A stretch of DNA of 64,000 nucleotides from Raja brachyura (GCA_963514005.1 OY740821.1:12400001-12464000); one strand, 5' to 3'. Shown: positions 52,287-64,000, numbered from the stretch's first letter. Numbers and translations: made by a program. The notes: generated by a model not told the origin, from the sequence alone.

Positions 52287-52966
52287 GTAAGTGGCTTCTG
52301 AGGTTAGTTATTAATTTGGTCTGGAAAAACTGTTAGATTAGCAACAGCCATTATTATCAATTGGTTCCATCATAAATCACAGCATAGCATACATGGTTTC
52401 TTTGAAACCGTTTAAGTGCTTTTTTTCTTTCCCTTCCTGTTATTTAGTGATAACATATTTGGGTTACAAGTGAATGTTGCTGAATTTTAATGTTCTTCAA
52501 CCAAGAACGTAGTTGGTGAAGTCTTGTATATAATTATGTAGAACTTTTTCCTCGGTAACTATCCCATTTAAGCTAACTGGCCATGCTTTCACTTGATCGG
52601 TGGTAATTTTTTTTGTATTTGCGTTATTTGCTCTTGCATTCAATCTTTTTCAGTTAGTTTTAGGAGACGTATTACTATAATATCCTCCTCCCCATTTTAA
52701 GTCCCTCATCCACTCTAGTTCGTAGCTGGGGTGTGAGATCAGCCAGTGGTGTCAGTAATGCTTGTCCACAACCTTTCCCCTCCTTCAGGGAAGTCTGATG
52801 TTTTTATTATTCCAATTTGCAATCAGGGATTCAAATGATATTAGAGATTCTGAATAGGATTGAGTTGTAATAATATTTTTTCCAGCATTTAGTTCATACG
52901 TCTATTTTACCTTCGCAGTTTAAAGTTTTATGTTTTTCATGAGCTTGTTGTATTTCTTATTCTCAG

Positions 52967-53118
52967 GTGGATCCATACAGACTGTGGCCCTTCATCTCTC
53001 AATTTGCCAGGGCAACAGTACACATGTGCAACGTGTAAAAACTCACTGCAACATACAGGGCTTTCATCTCCTGAGCCTGTTGATGAAAGGCAATTGAAAC
53101 TTGAGTCAGCGGCATCGG
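52967..53118 (+). CDS. KMT2D: KMT2D coding exon 9 (second half of the extra PHD)
   Basis: tctcag|GTGG...TCGG|gtatgg; phase 2 to 1; WIHTDCGPSSLNLPGQQYTCATCKNSLQH. Confidence 0.88.
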
Positions 53119-53734
53119 GTATGGTTGAATAGATTTACTTGTTTGCTCTGAAAAGTTTAATTGCACTGGCCTGGCAACATTGAAAATGCTTTTGCAAGCC
53201 AAGTCACAGAATATAGTGTACCTGTTTTATTTGATCACTTGGATCCTGTTGCACTGCAGACTTTAGCTGTTATTAATCATACGGTAACCTTGAAGGAATT
53301 AGAGCTGCGACTTTCAGTGTATTGTCATGACCGCATTGGAGACATGCTTCATTTGACCGGCAATAAAATCTAGCATAGTTTAACAAAGTGATCATTTTAG
53401 TCTTTCAGTCATTTTGATGTAAGTTCCTCTTGCGACTTTCAGCAACGTTATGTAATTGTTTGAATGTTGATCTCATTAAGGAGTTGTCCTACCTTTTGGG
53501 ATGTCCATACATTAGGGATGAGAAATTCCTGACTTTTGACAGAATTCGTATCTTGCAATTATTAAATTCCAATATTACAAATGGCTCTTCAACTTTCCAC
53601 TTCATCTTTAGCTGTCACGAACCATATACGGCTCATGAGTGACATCTGCCCATTGGATGGGATCATCCTACCCATAAGCACTTGGTATCCTTTTTGCTCT
53701 GTGAGGTCTCCTTCTATCCATATAACCAAATAAC

Positions 53735-54228
53735 AATTGCAGCACAGAAACAGACCCTCTCGGCCCTTCCAGTCCGTGCCGACCATTTATTTTTCCCTAG
53801 TCCCATCTACCTGCACTCAGACCATACCCCTCCATTCCATTCCCGTCCATATACCTATCCACTTTACTTTTAAATGTTAAAATTGATCCTGCCTCCACCA
53901 CTTCTGCTGGAAGCTCATTCCACACAGCCACCACTCTCTGAGTAAAGAAGTTCCCCCTCATGTTACCCCTAAACTTCTGTCCCTTAATTCTCATGTCATG
54001 CCCTCTTGTTTGAATCTTCCCTACCCTCAGCTTATCCACGTCAACTCTGTCTATCCCTTTCATCATTTTAAAGACCTCAATCAAGTCCCCCCGTAACCTT
54101 CTGCGCTCCAAAGAATAAAGACCTAACTTGTTCAACCTTTCTCTGTAACTTAGTTGCTGGAACCTAGGCAACATTCTAGTAAATCTCCTCTGTACTCTCT
54201 CTATTTTGTTGACATCCTTCCTATAATA
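53735..54228 (-). mobile_element. Relatively young CR1 3' fragment
   Basis: Open frame IERVQRRFTRMLP...LYSLERRRLRGDLIEVFK...FFTQRVVAVWNELP. Confidence 0.9.
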
Positions 54229-54873
54229 TATCACATCTGCCTATTCATTATACTATATCTGCCCTTGCCACAGGCTTGCCAACAGTTCGTGGAATTATAG
54301 CATTTCCTTGCTAGAAATGGTTAGCGCACAATGTTTCTTGATTTTTTTTGCTTTTAACAAGCTAATCCGCATCCATATAGTCTTGAGTTCATCTGTTATG
54401 ATCTGTGACATGATTTTGAGTTGCATTTTTGCTGTTTCAATTACTATAAATATCTATGGTCATTTAGTCTGCAAATAGTTCATTTTATGTGGGCCACTTG
54501 ACAGGTGATGGCACTCTTGCACAGAATGATTTGCCATTTGCTACTATTTCTTCTGCTGTTCCTGACTATTGTGCCTTTTGGAGATTGGTTGCTCTTTTAG
54601 AGTCATACAGGAATATAGCATGGAAACAGGCCTTTCCGCCAAACATTCCATGCCGACCTATGCTAGTTCCATTTGTCCACATTTGACCCATAGTCCTCCA
54701 AACCTTTCCTGACCATGTGCCTGTCCAAATGTCATTTAAATGTTGTTATTGCACCAGTCTCAACCACTTTCTCTGCCAGCTTGTTGCATCTACATACAAC
54801 AAACTACTGACTGTAATGCTAGGTAACGATAATAGTGCAATACCCAAGTCAGTAGTGCAACACAGTCCATTAA

Positions 54874-54968
54874 GTCTGAAGAAGATTCTCGACCCAAAAC
54901 GTCACCTATTCCTTCTCTCCAGAGATGCTGCCTGACCCACTGAGTTACTCCAGCATTTTGTGTCCACG
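54874..54968 (+). mobile_element. Short Penelope-related element with perfect 11-bp TSD
   Basis: Starts GTCTGAAGAAG; TSD CAGTCCATTAA at 54863-54873 and 54969-54979. Confidence 0.88.
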
Positions 54969-55279
54969 CAGTCCATTAATTTGTTTTGAAGGGAATAATT
55001 TATTCCTATCTATGCGACAAAATGGATGGCAGTCTGTTTTGCTTTTCTGATCTAATAATGGAAGCATAACAGAAGTCATGATGACTTTTGCATATCTTCT
55101 CCAGTGATATTGCTAAGATCAAGATGTAAGGATTGAACTTATCATGGCTTGTGGAATTGCAAGTTCATGCTTCATAAAACGGCACATTTGTTAAATCAAA
55201 GGACTGCTCTTGAAGTCTCTGGGGTTATTTACAATCATTATTTTAAATAACCTGTAAAATATTATTTTCTGTTGAACAG

Positions 55280-55390
55280 AGAAAATGAAAGAACCAAGTG
55301 AGTGGACTGAAAGGCAGCAAAAAGATTTGAAACCAGAACAGCAATTGACGAGTGAATGTAGTGCTGGAGACTCTTTGCATGAGCACGAGG
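55280..55390 (+). CDS. KMT2D: Probable KMT2D linker exon (symmetric phase 1)
   Basis: gaacag|AG...GAGG|gtgaga; 111 nt open frame EKMKEPSEWTERQQKDLKPEQQLTSECSAGDSLHEHE; purine-rich and exon-like. Confidence 0.7.
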
Positions 55391-55894
55391 GTGAGAAAGC
55401 TCCCCTTAAACTGTGGTTGTTTCATCTGTTGTGACATGTGCTCTTGACTTGTAACTGTTATTTCCATGTCCCTTTTGTACAACTGAATTTATTTTCATAA
55501 ACAAAATCAAATAGTTTCAATATTTGCTGCCTGAAACATCCATTGTGTCTTAGTTTTTGTCCTGCTACAATCCTTTGATTGTGCTTGCATGTTTTTGGGT
55601 ATGGAATTCTAGAATACTAACTTAGTGCAATAAAATAATCACTTTCAGAGTGTGTAGCTTAACTGATTCTTCTCTCTACCCTGCCCCCTGTACTCTTACT
55701 GATTTTCATCATCCAGACAACCTGAGACTGATGTTGGAATATGACCATTTGTTAGGAAAAGCGGAGCACAGTAGGAATTAATGCTTTCACATGTATTAAC
55801 ATATTGAATTAGGAGAAAGCAGAATGGATGTTGTGTGTGGGTGGATGGGAATAGAATTATAATTCTGGATTAAATTGAAACACAACATTTCTAT

Positions 55895-56018
55895 CAGTCT
55901 GAAGAACAGTCCCCACCCGAAATGTCATCTGTCCATTCTCTCCACAAATGCTACCTGATCCGTGAAGTTCCTTCAGCATTTTTGCTCAAAATTGCAGCTT
56001 CTGCAGTCTCTTGTGATC
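55895..56018 (+). mobile_element. Degenerate copy of the short Penelope-related element
   Basis: CAGTCTGAAGAA...CCCGAAATGTC plus family tail. Confidence 0.7.
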
Positions 56019-57237
56019 TTGTATTGCCAAACCAATTAAGGAGGGTTCAGGGGGAAAACATCAGACATACACTCCATTGAAAACGTCTACACGTTTTTGA
56101 CCATATTGAAAATATCCAAACATTTATGTGCAACAATTTCATGGAGCACTAATAAGATTACTAATGTTCATGTTAGCTGTAATGTTTAACAGTTCCATCA
56201 CAAGGTTAATTCCTTGCTTAAGATCCGTCTTTTTGTGGGCCTACTACATTTTGCAGTTTTGTAAATCACCCACTCATTACGCTGCATCTTCAACCACGTC
56301 TGGTGCTTGGATGCCACTGTTTCTGCTCTTCAGAATCAAGTCTACTGGTTGGCCTCACTGGCCACTTGGACCTGCATTTCATCACTAATAATTAGTTTGG
56401 CTGTTACTGTTCCCATTGAGTGCTGCCACTAATACATCAATGAATGCAATGAAAAAACGATGTCCTCAAGGTGACTTGGGAGGTTTGCACAATGGATTTT
56501 AGTTTAGAGACTCTTACTCTTTTATGTAGAAGTTACTGTTATGCAGGTTAATTCAGCACCATTCTGTACTGACAATACCCTGTCGAAAGATATAAGAGAA
56601 ACACTTTATCTGTTTTTGGTTTTGAGTGAGAAATGTTGACCAGCGTATCAGATACCAATATTTTGTTGGTGTTTACATATTCCCATAGGATATTGAAGGG
56701 CAACAAGGAATCTAGGTTTTAAACTTATTTGCAGAATATATTTTATACAACATCAAATGTTGACTTAGACTGAGCTTGCACCCATTATGGCTTTTGAACC
56801 CACATTTTTTTTTAGTGTTGAAGGCAACACGGTGAGGTAGACAGCTTTTTGAAAACAAAACATGGGAGGGAATTACAAATTCTTTATAAATTCACCTATG
56901 TACCTTACTGAAATGCCAGTGGGCATTGCAACTAAAGCATTTAAATATTGTGAAATGTTTTCATAGTTTATGCCATCTCACACAAGTTGTAATGGAGCTC
57001 CTGAAGACTGGTAGTTGGAATCCAAACCAAATAACTCTACTGCATCATGTATTCGGATTCTAATGATTTCAAGAACTCCTTTGTTCTTCAAACTTAATTT
57101 GTAATAATTTGCTTTTAAACCCGTCAATGGCATAGTGATAAAGAATGTTGTAAAATAATTTGAAGATTAATAATGTCGGTGGAGGATGGGTGATAGAGAG
57201 CTTACCAATACTGTGCTAATTGAAATGTTTTTGTTAG

Positions 57238-58331
57238 ATTCTATCAACGCAGGTAGTAACGTGGAACTGGAAAATCCAAAGCAACAAATGTCTCGCGTTA
57301 ACGTCGTGGAACGGGTAGAATCTCCGTCTCTCGCTCCTTTGGAGGAAAATGGAGTTGGAGTCTCGACTGCAGAGAAAGAAACTGAACATGAACATCTCAC
57401 TGAGGAATTCCAGTCTTCTCAGAACACAGAGATTCATAAGACCTGCGAAGGTGGGACAGATGGACCACAATCTGAGAGCATTAAAAGTTCACTGGAGTCT
57501 ACAGAAACAGAATTTACAGAACACTCTAGTTCAGATAAGACAGATCAACCAGAACATTTCTTACAGACAAAGGAAATAAAAATGGAAAGCTTAGACCAGG
57601 CGGAGACTTGCATTCAAGCAGACATCGATGCTCATCCCAATAGTTCCATTCCGCAGGAGACAAAAGCCAATCACCTTGCCACAGACCCTGACTTGATGGA
57701 TTCTGTCAGTGCTTCTGCTGAAACACAGCGAGAAGGTTCTTCTTTTGTTATCATCAAGCAGGAGACTGACAAAATCCATAAAGATAAAACTGAGCTCTGT
57801 GATATTCCTGCTGATTCAACTTGTGGGTCTGTGGATAGAGGTGATGTTTCTGACTTGGTCTCTGATGGAATGGAGACAAAGGGAGAGCCTGTTGAGATGG
57901 ACAATAATGATGAAGTGACTCCTATGGAGGTTGTACCTGCAGGTAATAGGCTGAAGACTGAGCAAGATACTCAGATGGAAGTGCAGGATGCTGTAAGCAC
58001 AGACTCTGCCTGTAACATGCTTATTAAATCTGAGATTGTGGAGGAGACGTCAAATCAAAGTCAAACTGACTCAAATAGCACCTGCTTGGAACCAGATTTT
58101 TCAAATACTTTGGACCGTGATGCTGGTTTGGTTTCAATGGACGTTTGTATGACGGCAACAGATGATATTTCTCCAAGGCTGGAAGATGAGGCTGAAAAAT
58201 TAAATTCAGACTTGCGGCTAACAGAAACAGAGGATTCCTTGCCAGCTGACCCTGGTATGATGAAAGGTGAATCTGGCAAGCCTGCAGTTATGAAGCGACG
58301 TTTCTCACCAGGTCGACCTCGGGTCAAACAG
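57238..58331 (+). CDS. KMT2D: KMT2D large acidic linker exon
   Basis: Lies within the 400-aa ORF 57186-58388; tgttag|AT acceptor; ends KRRFSPGRPRVKQ|gtgagg. Confidence 0.9.
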
Positions 58332-58479
58332 GTGAGGACAGGGGAAAATAGTCCTGCCTTAAGGCAGTTAAAATGGGAACGAGGTTGAATACTTGGGGAA
58401 ATGGCTGCAGATAAAGGTGATTAAATGTGTAACCATGTGAGTGCACATACTATTTTTCTCCCTGCAAAGTTTGACTCTG

Positions 58480-59410
58480 ACATAATGGTCAGACATCATT
58501 TCCTTTTCTCAAAACCATGTTGACTTTGCCTGATTACATTGAATTTTTATAAGTGCCCTGCTAAAACATCTTTAGTAAAAGCTCCTAATGTTTTTCCTAT
58601 GACAAATATAAAGGCAACTGGCTGTTGTTTTATTCTTTGTCTCCCTTTTTGAATAAAATCATTACGTATGCTATTTCAGTGGAGCATTACCTGAATCTAG
58701 AAAATGCTGGAAAAGTGAAACTATTGTATCATCTCTCACCAGTCACTTTTAGGATCCTAAAATGAAATTCATCCACACACATATCTGTCAGTCTACAGCT
58801 CTAATAATTTGTGCAAACCCACTCTCCCCGTGATTGTAATTTTCCTGAGTTCCTCCCTCCCTTACAATTCCCAGTTAAAAGAACCGTTGGTTGCTTGTAC
58901 CCTCTACATTGAAGACTAATACTAATTACCCATTTTATTAATCCCACCTGCTCCTTGTTTCCATTCTCCAGACTTACTTTCTACAGGGCTAGTGTTTGCT
59001 TTATCAGCTCGTTTAAAAGAAATCTATGGAAATGTTTCCTACCACTGATACGAGGCACACTGGCCTATAATTTCCTGGATTAACCCAATTTCCCTTCTTA
59101 AATAAATGAACCAAATTGGTTACTCTCTATTCCTCCATGGCCTTCCTGTGGCTAGGGAGGACATAAATATCTTTATCAAGGCCTCGGCAAACTCCTGCCT
59201 CTCTCAATATCCTGGAATAAATTCCATCATGCCCTGAAAACATGCGCTTTAATGCCCTTCAAGAGACTCAACATCACCACCTTGATCCAAAAATGCCCTT
59301 GCATAATTAGTATACCCCACCCCATTAGTATACCCTCTATCCTCCATGTCCTTCTTGATGAAGACTGGTATAAAGTATTTCTTTATACCTACATCCTCTG
59401 ACACCAAGCA
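58480..59410 (-). mobile_element. Degenerate CR1 fragments
   Basis: Minus-strand matches to CR1 RT N-terminal motifs (QHGF, PLFKKG, NYRPV). Confidence 0.6.
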
Positions 59411-59516
59411 TAAAAAGGCAGAGGATAAAGAGATTCTATTGAGTTAAACTCAATAGAAATTGTCTTTTAAAAAAAAAAGAAGGGTGATTTGCAAATGGTT
59501 TATTTTGCTTCAACAG

Positions 59517-59627
59517 GGTCGTTGTAACAGTTTTCCAGGTAAAAAGCGTCCACGTGGAGGTCATGTGGGAAGGGGACGAGGGCGATCACGTTTGAAGTCT
59601 GTATCTGGAATCTTGGAGTCTCTGGGG
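59517..59627 (+). CDS. KMT2D: KMT2D exon with RG-rich basic motif
   Basis: caacag|GGT...GGG|gtaaga; GRCNSFPGKKRPRGGHVGRGRGRSRLKSVSGILESLG. Confidence 0.93.
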
Positions 59628-59993
59628 GTAAGAAATGGATGGTTTGGGTAATTATAGAGCAATGCTTACTGTATACCTAAAGCTGGTCCAAGTTGACTTT
59701 TAAGTATAAACATTTAAAAATGCTCAGAAAATTAAGCCCAGAGTGCATATACATTATTTCTCAGCTATAGCACCAGGCACCATGCATGGTGGTGGGATGG
59801 CACATTCCTGAATTTGATCCTGTATGACAGAACCAAGAGAAAATGTTATCCTCTCAAATTCAGAATATTTTTCTGGTAGCATTTCATGACCTGAAAAGAA
59901 ATTCAGGGAATTTAACTGAGGAAATTATTAAAACTATCTATCTATAATTTGATGCCGATTTTCTAGTGCTGAACTATTTGTTTCCTGTCGTAG

Positions 59994-60101
59994 TCTACAG
60001 GAGTAGATACATCACCAAGTAAAGATGATGACGATGACGATGATACAATGCACAATACAGTGGTCCTCTTCTCTACTGAAGACAAATTTATTCTCCTGCA
60101 G
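59994..60101 (+). CDS. KMT2D: KMT2D exon preceding PHD cluster 2
   Basis: tcgtag|TCT...CAG|gtagga; STGVDTSPSKDDDDDDDTMHNTVVLFSTEDKFILLQ. Confidence 0.93.
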
Positions 60102-60840
60102 GTAGGATTTCTCCTTCTCACAATGGTGTATATGGTTATAATGGTTTTGTTTGTTTATGTAGATTCTGACATCTTGTTGGGGAAAAAAAAACAAGTTGCC
60201 ACCTGGGTGTTGAGTGCTTGGCTCAATTTCCTTCCTATGTACCTGATATTTAGGTTCTGCAAGGGAGCCGAGGCTCCATGGGTTGGATTGTTGAAGGGTC
60301 TTTCCACTTTTTTGTGTGCAGTTGTAAATCTTGTGTTATGAACTAACTAGCAGAATATGGCAATGGATGTTCCCGAGAGCAACTGTGGCATTGGATTGTG
60401 AGAGGAGATGTCGTAAGTTATTAATTCAATGCAGCAAACAATGTTAATTTGGATACGCGAATTTGCTGGAAGCCACGTCAACCTGTGCATGTTTTTTGAG
60501 TACTACTCTGGCCTTCATGACTTGAAGGAACACAAACAGTCTCTACAATCTTTACCCATGAACACTCCATCCCAGTCAATGTATTATTAAATCTTCTTTG
60601 CACTCATTTCAGTGCAAACATGAACCTCACACCGTTCTCCAGTTGTGGACCAATCCATGTTTTACAAAGCTGTGCCATTGTCCTCTGATCTTTTATTTCT
60701 ATGCCCTGACTAATGAAGGCTCATATCACTTGCACCTTCTTCGTTATTTATCTACCTGTGCTGCCAGCTTCTGGGATCTTTGTCTTGTACGCCCGCGATC
60801 TCTCTATTGCTCAATATTCCGTATGGTCTACCATTCATTG

Positions 60841-61204
60841 TGCATGTCCTACCCTAATGAGTTCTCCCCAAAGTGCATTACCTCACACTTGTGTGCACTT
60901 TAGGCATGTCCCAGTAGATGAAACATTTACAACATAAGCAACACACAGAGGCTTAACAGCTCATACGTTATTTCACCCCATCCCAGAAGATCCCTTTGAT
61001 CCACCCTTTCCTTTCCCCTGCCTGCATGTCCTACCTTAATGAGTCTTCCCAACGTACATTACCTCACACTTGTGTGCACTATAGGGTACGTCCTAATAGA
61101 CAAAACATTTACAACAAAGCAACGCGAAGAAGCTTAACAGCTCGTGTGTTATTTCACCCCATCTCAGAGGATCTGTTTTGATCCAGCTTTTCCTCTCCCC
61201 AGCC
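60841..61204. repeat. Diverged ~182-bp tandem duplication within CR1 remnants (about 60540-61640)
   Basis: Units start TGCATGTCCTACC at 60841 and 61023 and share CATTACCTCACACTTGTGTGCACT and GTTATTTCACCCCATC. Confidence 0.85.
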
Positions 61205-62124
61205 TGCTCTTTTACCAGGATTAATTTATCTCTCTCGTCACATATGATGAAGTTTGAAACTTAACCTGTTTTTAGTTCCACAAATACCTGCTAAGTTTTC
61301 CCTCCATTTTCTTCTTCTATTTCATTTCACGCTTGTCAGGACTAAATTACATCTGTCATTGTTCTGCCCATTTAACAAACTGCTCGGTATCTTTCTGTAA
61401 TGTAAGACTATCCTCCTCACAATCAACAACACCACCAATTTTTATGTTATCTGCAAATGTATTAATTATACTTACTACATTCATATCCAAATCGTTAATG
61501 TATATGATAAAAGTTGGGGTACCAACAGTGATCGCTGTGGTACGTCACTGGTCAATCACAGCCCTGCAATCAAAAAAACCACCCTCTACCATCAACCTCT
61601 GTCTCCCATCATGAAGTCAATTTTGGATCTAATTTGCCAATTCTTTTAATCTTTCAGAGATTGCACTGATTTCCAAGGATAATTGGATTGTGGATGCTGG
61701 GTGCTCTGCGCATGATCAGTCTGCATGTTGAACAGATGCTTGCTAATCTTTTGCTGGGGACTAATCTACAGGATTATTTTTTTAAATGGTTGCATATTAA
61801 TTAAATGAAATGTGATTTGAAATCTTGGGCTGACTGAAGTTTTTCATTTGTTTGATCAAAAATTTGCATTCAGCATTGAACTTCAGCCTATTGCGCAGCA
61901 CTGTTTTTCCAGAATGTGGACAGTTATACTACAGCTGTCTGTAATGTTTAATCGCATTTAAATGCTTTGGAACATCACACTTCTGTGTAAACATGTGCAA
62001 TAAATAGCAGTAATACATCAGCAGTAATTAATTCAGTAATATATCTACAGAGTTGTAAATGTGTGTGTTTTTAGAGGATTTGTTTCAGAATAACTTGTAA
62101 TGCTATGGTTTTGTTTCTTTTCAG

Positions 62125-62229
62125 GACATGTGTGTGGTATGTGGGAGCTTTGGACGGGGAATAGAAGGACAACTGTTGGCCTGTGCACAGTGTGGGCAGT
62201 GCTATCATCCGTACTGCGTCAATAGCAAG
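62125..62229 (+). CDS. KMT2D: KMT2D exon, first PHD of cluster 2
   Basis: tttcag|GAC...AAG|gtatgg; 105 nt; DMCVVCGSFGRGIEGQLLACAQCGQCYHPYCVNSK. Confidence 0.96.
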
Positions 62230-63258
62230 GTATGGAGGAGGAAAAAAAGAAGATTGATGATTGTCATATTTACAGTGATGATGTTATTAAACATTTAAGA
62301 AGGATGAAGGCAGAGCTATTTATTCTTTGCACATAAGACCTGTTGCATTGCACAGTAACCAGTGGTTCACGATTAATGCCACATGCTTCTGCATAATAAA
62401 GGATGAGCAAATCATAGCAGATTAAAGAAGTGCCAGCATAAGACCACCCTTTGAACAGCAACATTTTCGTGTTTTAATAAGTTATGAAATAAATAAGTAA
62501 AATTAAATCGGTGAACATCTCCAATGGAGATCATTCAGTATACCAAGAACCAAACTTCCTCTTTTGATGCTTTGGTATGCAGAGAAAATACAATAAACTT
62601 GTTTATTTTTTGAAAAACTTCTTGAATATTTGCATCCATTGACATGAGCAACTGAAACTCTCATTTTTTGTAATGCATCCAGGTACAGACTAAAGACTGT
62701 TCTGTGTGCATCTTTGCAAAAAAACATGGAAATCTTTTGTGCGCCATATCAAACAACAGTAGCATTTCTTATGTTGATTATTTTTTTGTTAAGAATAGAA
62801 TGCAGGGTAGTTTTTTCCCAGAATATTAAAACAAAATGTAAAGAGAGTAACGCAGTATAACTCTGATAATCATTATCTGACAAGTCGTAAATCCTAAAGA
62901 TCATCGGGGCTCTGGTCCCTCTGCTCCCTTAATGGTCACCAAGACTCCTGTACCCACGCATCCTTAACATTTACAGGAAAATGTATCATTCCAAAATAGA
63001 ACCCGTGGAAAATAGTGAATTAAAAGTGCATTGAAGTATTAATGTGAATAGAATAGAGTAGTCCAGAAATTCTGATAGTCTGGCATCACTACAGTTTGAA
63101 CCTGCCGTATTAACGGAGTTTTACTGTAGCATTGGCATCATTATATATTTCAAATCGTCATTCGTGACAGACACTGTCAATTTTGAGTTTAAGCTGATCT
63201 TTCATCAGAATGCTGTATAAAACCGTGTGTTTTTCTGAACCTGCTGTTTGTCTTGCAG

Positions 63259-63440
63259 ATCACAAAAGTCATGTTGAGCAAAGGATGGCGTTGCTTGGAA
63301 TGTATTGTGTGTGAAGCATGTGGCAAAGCATCTGATCCTGCTCGTTTATTGTTGTGTGATGATTGCGATATAAGTTACCACACATACTGCCTGGATCCAC
63401 CATTGCAAACTGTGCCAAAGGGTGGTTGGAAATGCAAGTG
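63259..63440 (+). CDS. KMT2D: KMT2D exon, PHD cluster 2
   Basis: ttgcag|ATC...AAGTG|gtgagt; 182 nt; [61 protein letters not shown]. Confidence 0.96.
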
Positions 63441-63715
63441 GTGAGTGCAAAATTCATTTTGGTGTGACAGCACACACAAATAACTTTATTATTTGCGAGT
63501 GAGTACAGTTATTTCCCTGAATACAGTTAACTCTGCAATATTTGTGACCACAGTCGTGGATGTTTCCCTCCATTCTTTCCTCCACCCGACCCTCGTTTTT
63601 AAAGCCAATTGAGTCAGAGTTGGGGAGTTTCAACCGTTTTTTCCCATATGTTAAGGAAATATGATTCTGTATGTTAATGAAATATGAAAGTGTAACTTCA
63701 TACTTTGTCATACAG

Positions 63716-63880
63716 GTGTGTTTGCTGTACACAATGTGGTGCCACAACACCTGGTTTTCATTGTGAATGGCAGAATAACTACACTCACTGTGCACCTTGT
63801 GGCAGCCTTGTTACTTGTCCAAGCTGCAATGAAGACTATGAAGAAGAGGACCTTCTCATACAGTGTCACCATTGTGATAG
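63716..63880 (+). CDS. KMT2D: KMT2D exon, PHD cluster 2 (gene continues beyond the window)
   Basis: atacag|GT...GATAG|gtaggc; 165 nt; CVCCTQCGATTPGFHCEWQNNYTHCAPCGSLVTCPSCNEDYEEEDLLIQCHHCDR. Confidence 0.96.
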
Positions 63881-64000
63881 GTAGGCCAGAGAAATATAGG
63901 TACCATTAGTTTCATAAACCAAGTTTTATATTGTCCCGATGTTGCCCAGATTTTATCATTTTGAGTGTGTAATTTGTATACTATAAAATGTTAGTATAAA

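Noticed and set aside
54505-54588. Possible extra KMT2D exon after ttgacag|
   Set aside because: Poor pyrimidine tract and no convincing donor in a compatible phase.
57186-58388. 400-aa ORF as a standalone gene
   Set aside because: It has splice sites in the right phase, and its end joins the next KMT2D exon, so it is an internal exon.
616-63880. Calling the pair RHEB and KMT2C
   Set aside because: The CNCGE.SLHGQREL motif, short N-terminus with a 49-nt first coding exon, HHWCAAWS, and direct same-strand adjacency fit RHEBL1-KMT2D. The extra PHD is better read as ancestral retention.

Overview
Vertebrate genomic DNA, not prokaryotic. The repeat content suggests a cartilaginous fish, probably a skate or ray (inference). 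Two spliced + strand genes are present. (1) Coding exons 2-8 and the 3'UTR of a Rheb-family GTPase, best called RHEBL1 (616-13476, ends CDMM*; exon 1 lies outside the window). (2) The 5' part of KMT2D (ATG at 37413, at least 16 coding exons through 63880, covering ePHD, PHD cluster 1, acidic linker and PHD cluster 2; the gene runs off the window). Exons were rebuilt by hand from GT-AG sites and consistent reading phase; most ORFs in the supplied track are spurious. Two CpG-rich promoter-like regions (about 17.0-18.4 kb and 32.2-33.2 kb) lie upstream of the KMT2D ATG. Non-coding DNA holds L1, CR1, Rex1/Babar, RTE and Penelope fragments, tRNA-SINEs, a full-length dead IR/DR Tc1 and several MITEs. 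Most interesting: (a) a ~95-bp Penelope-related element carrying a minimal hammerhead-ribozyme core, with several copies flanked by target-site duplications and starting at the ribozyme core; (b) an intact extra C4HC3 PHD finger in KMT2D of the kind I recall from KMT2C; (c) a strong in-frame 63-nt cassette exon candidate in RHEBL1; (d) a two-promoter, uORF-containing KMT2D leader. Repeat boundaries are approximate, and comparisons with human genes are from memory, not from alignment.
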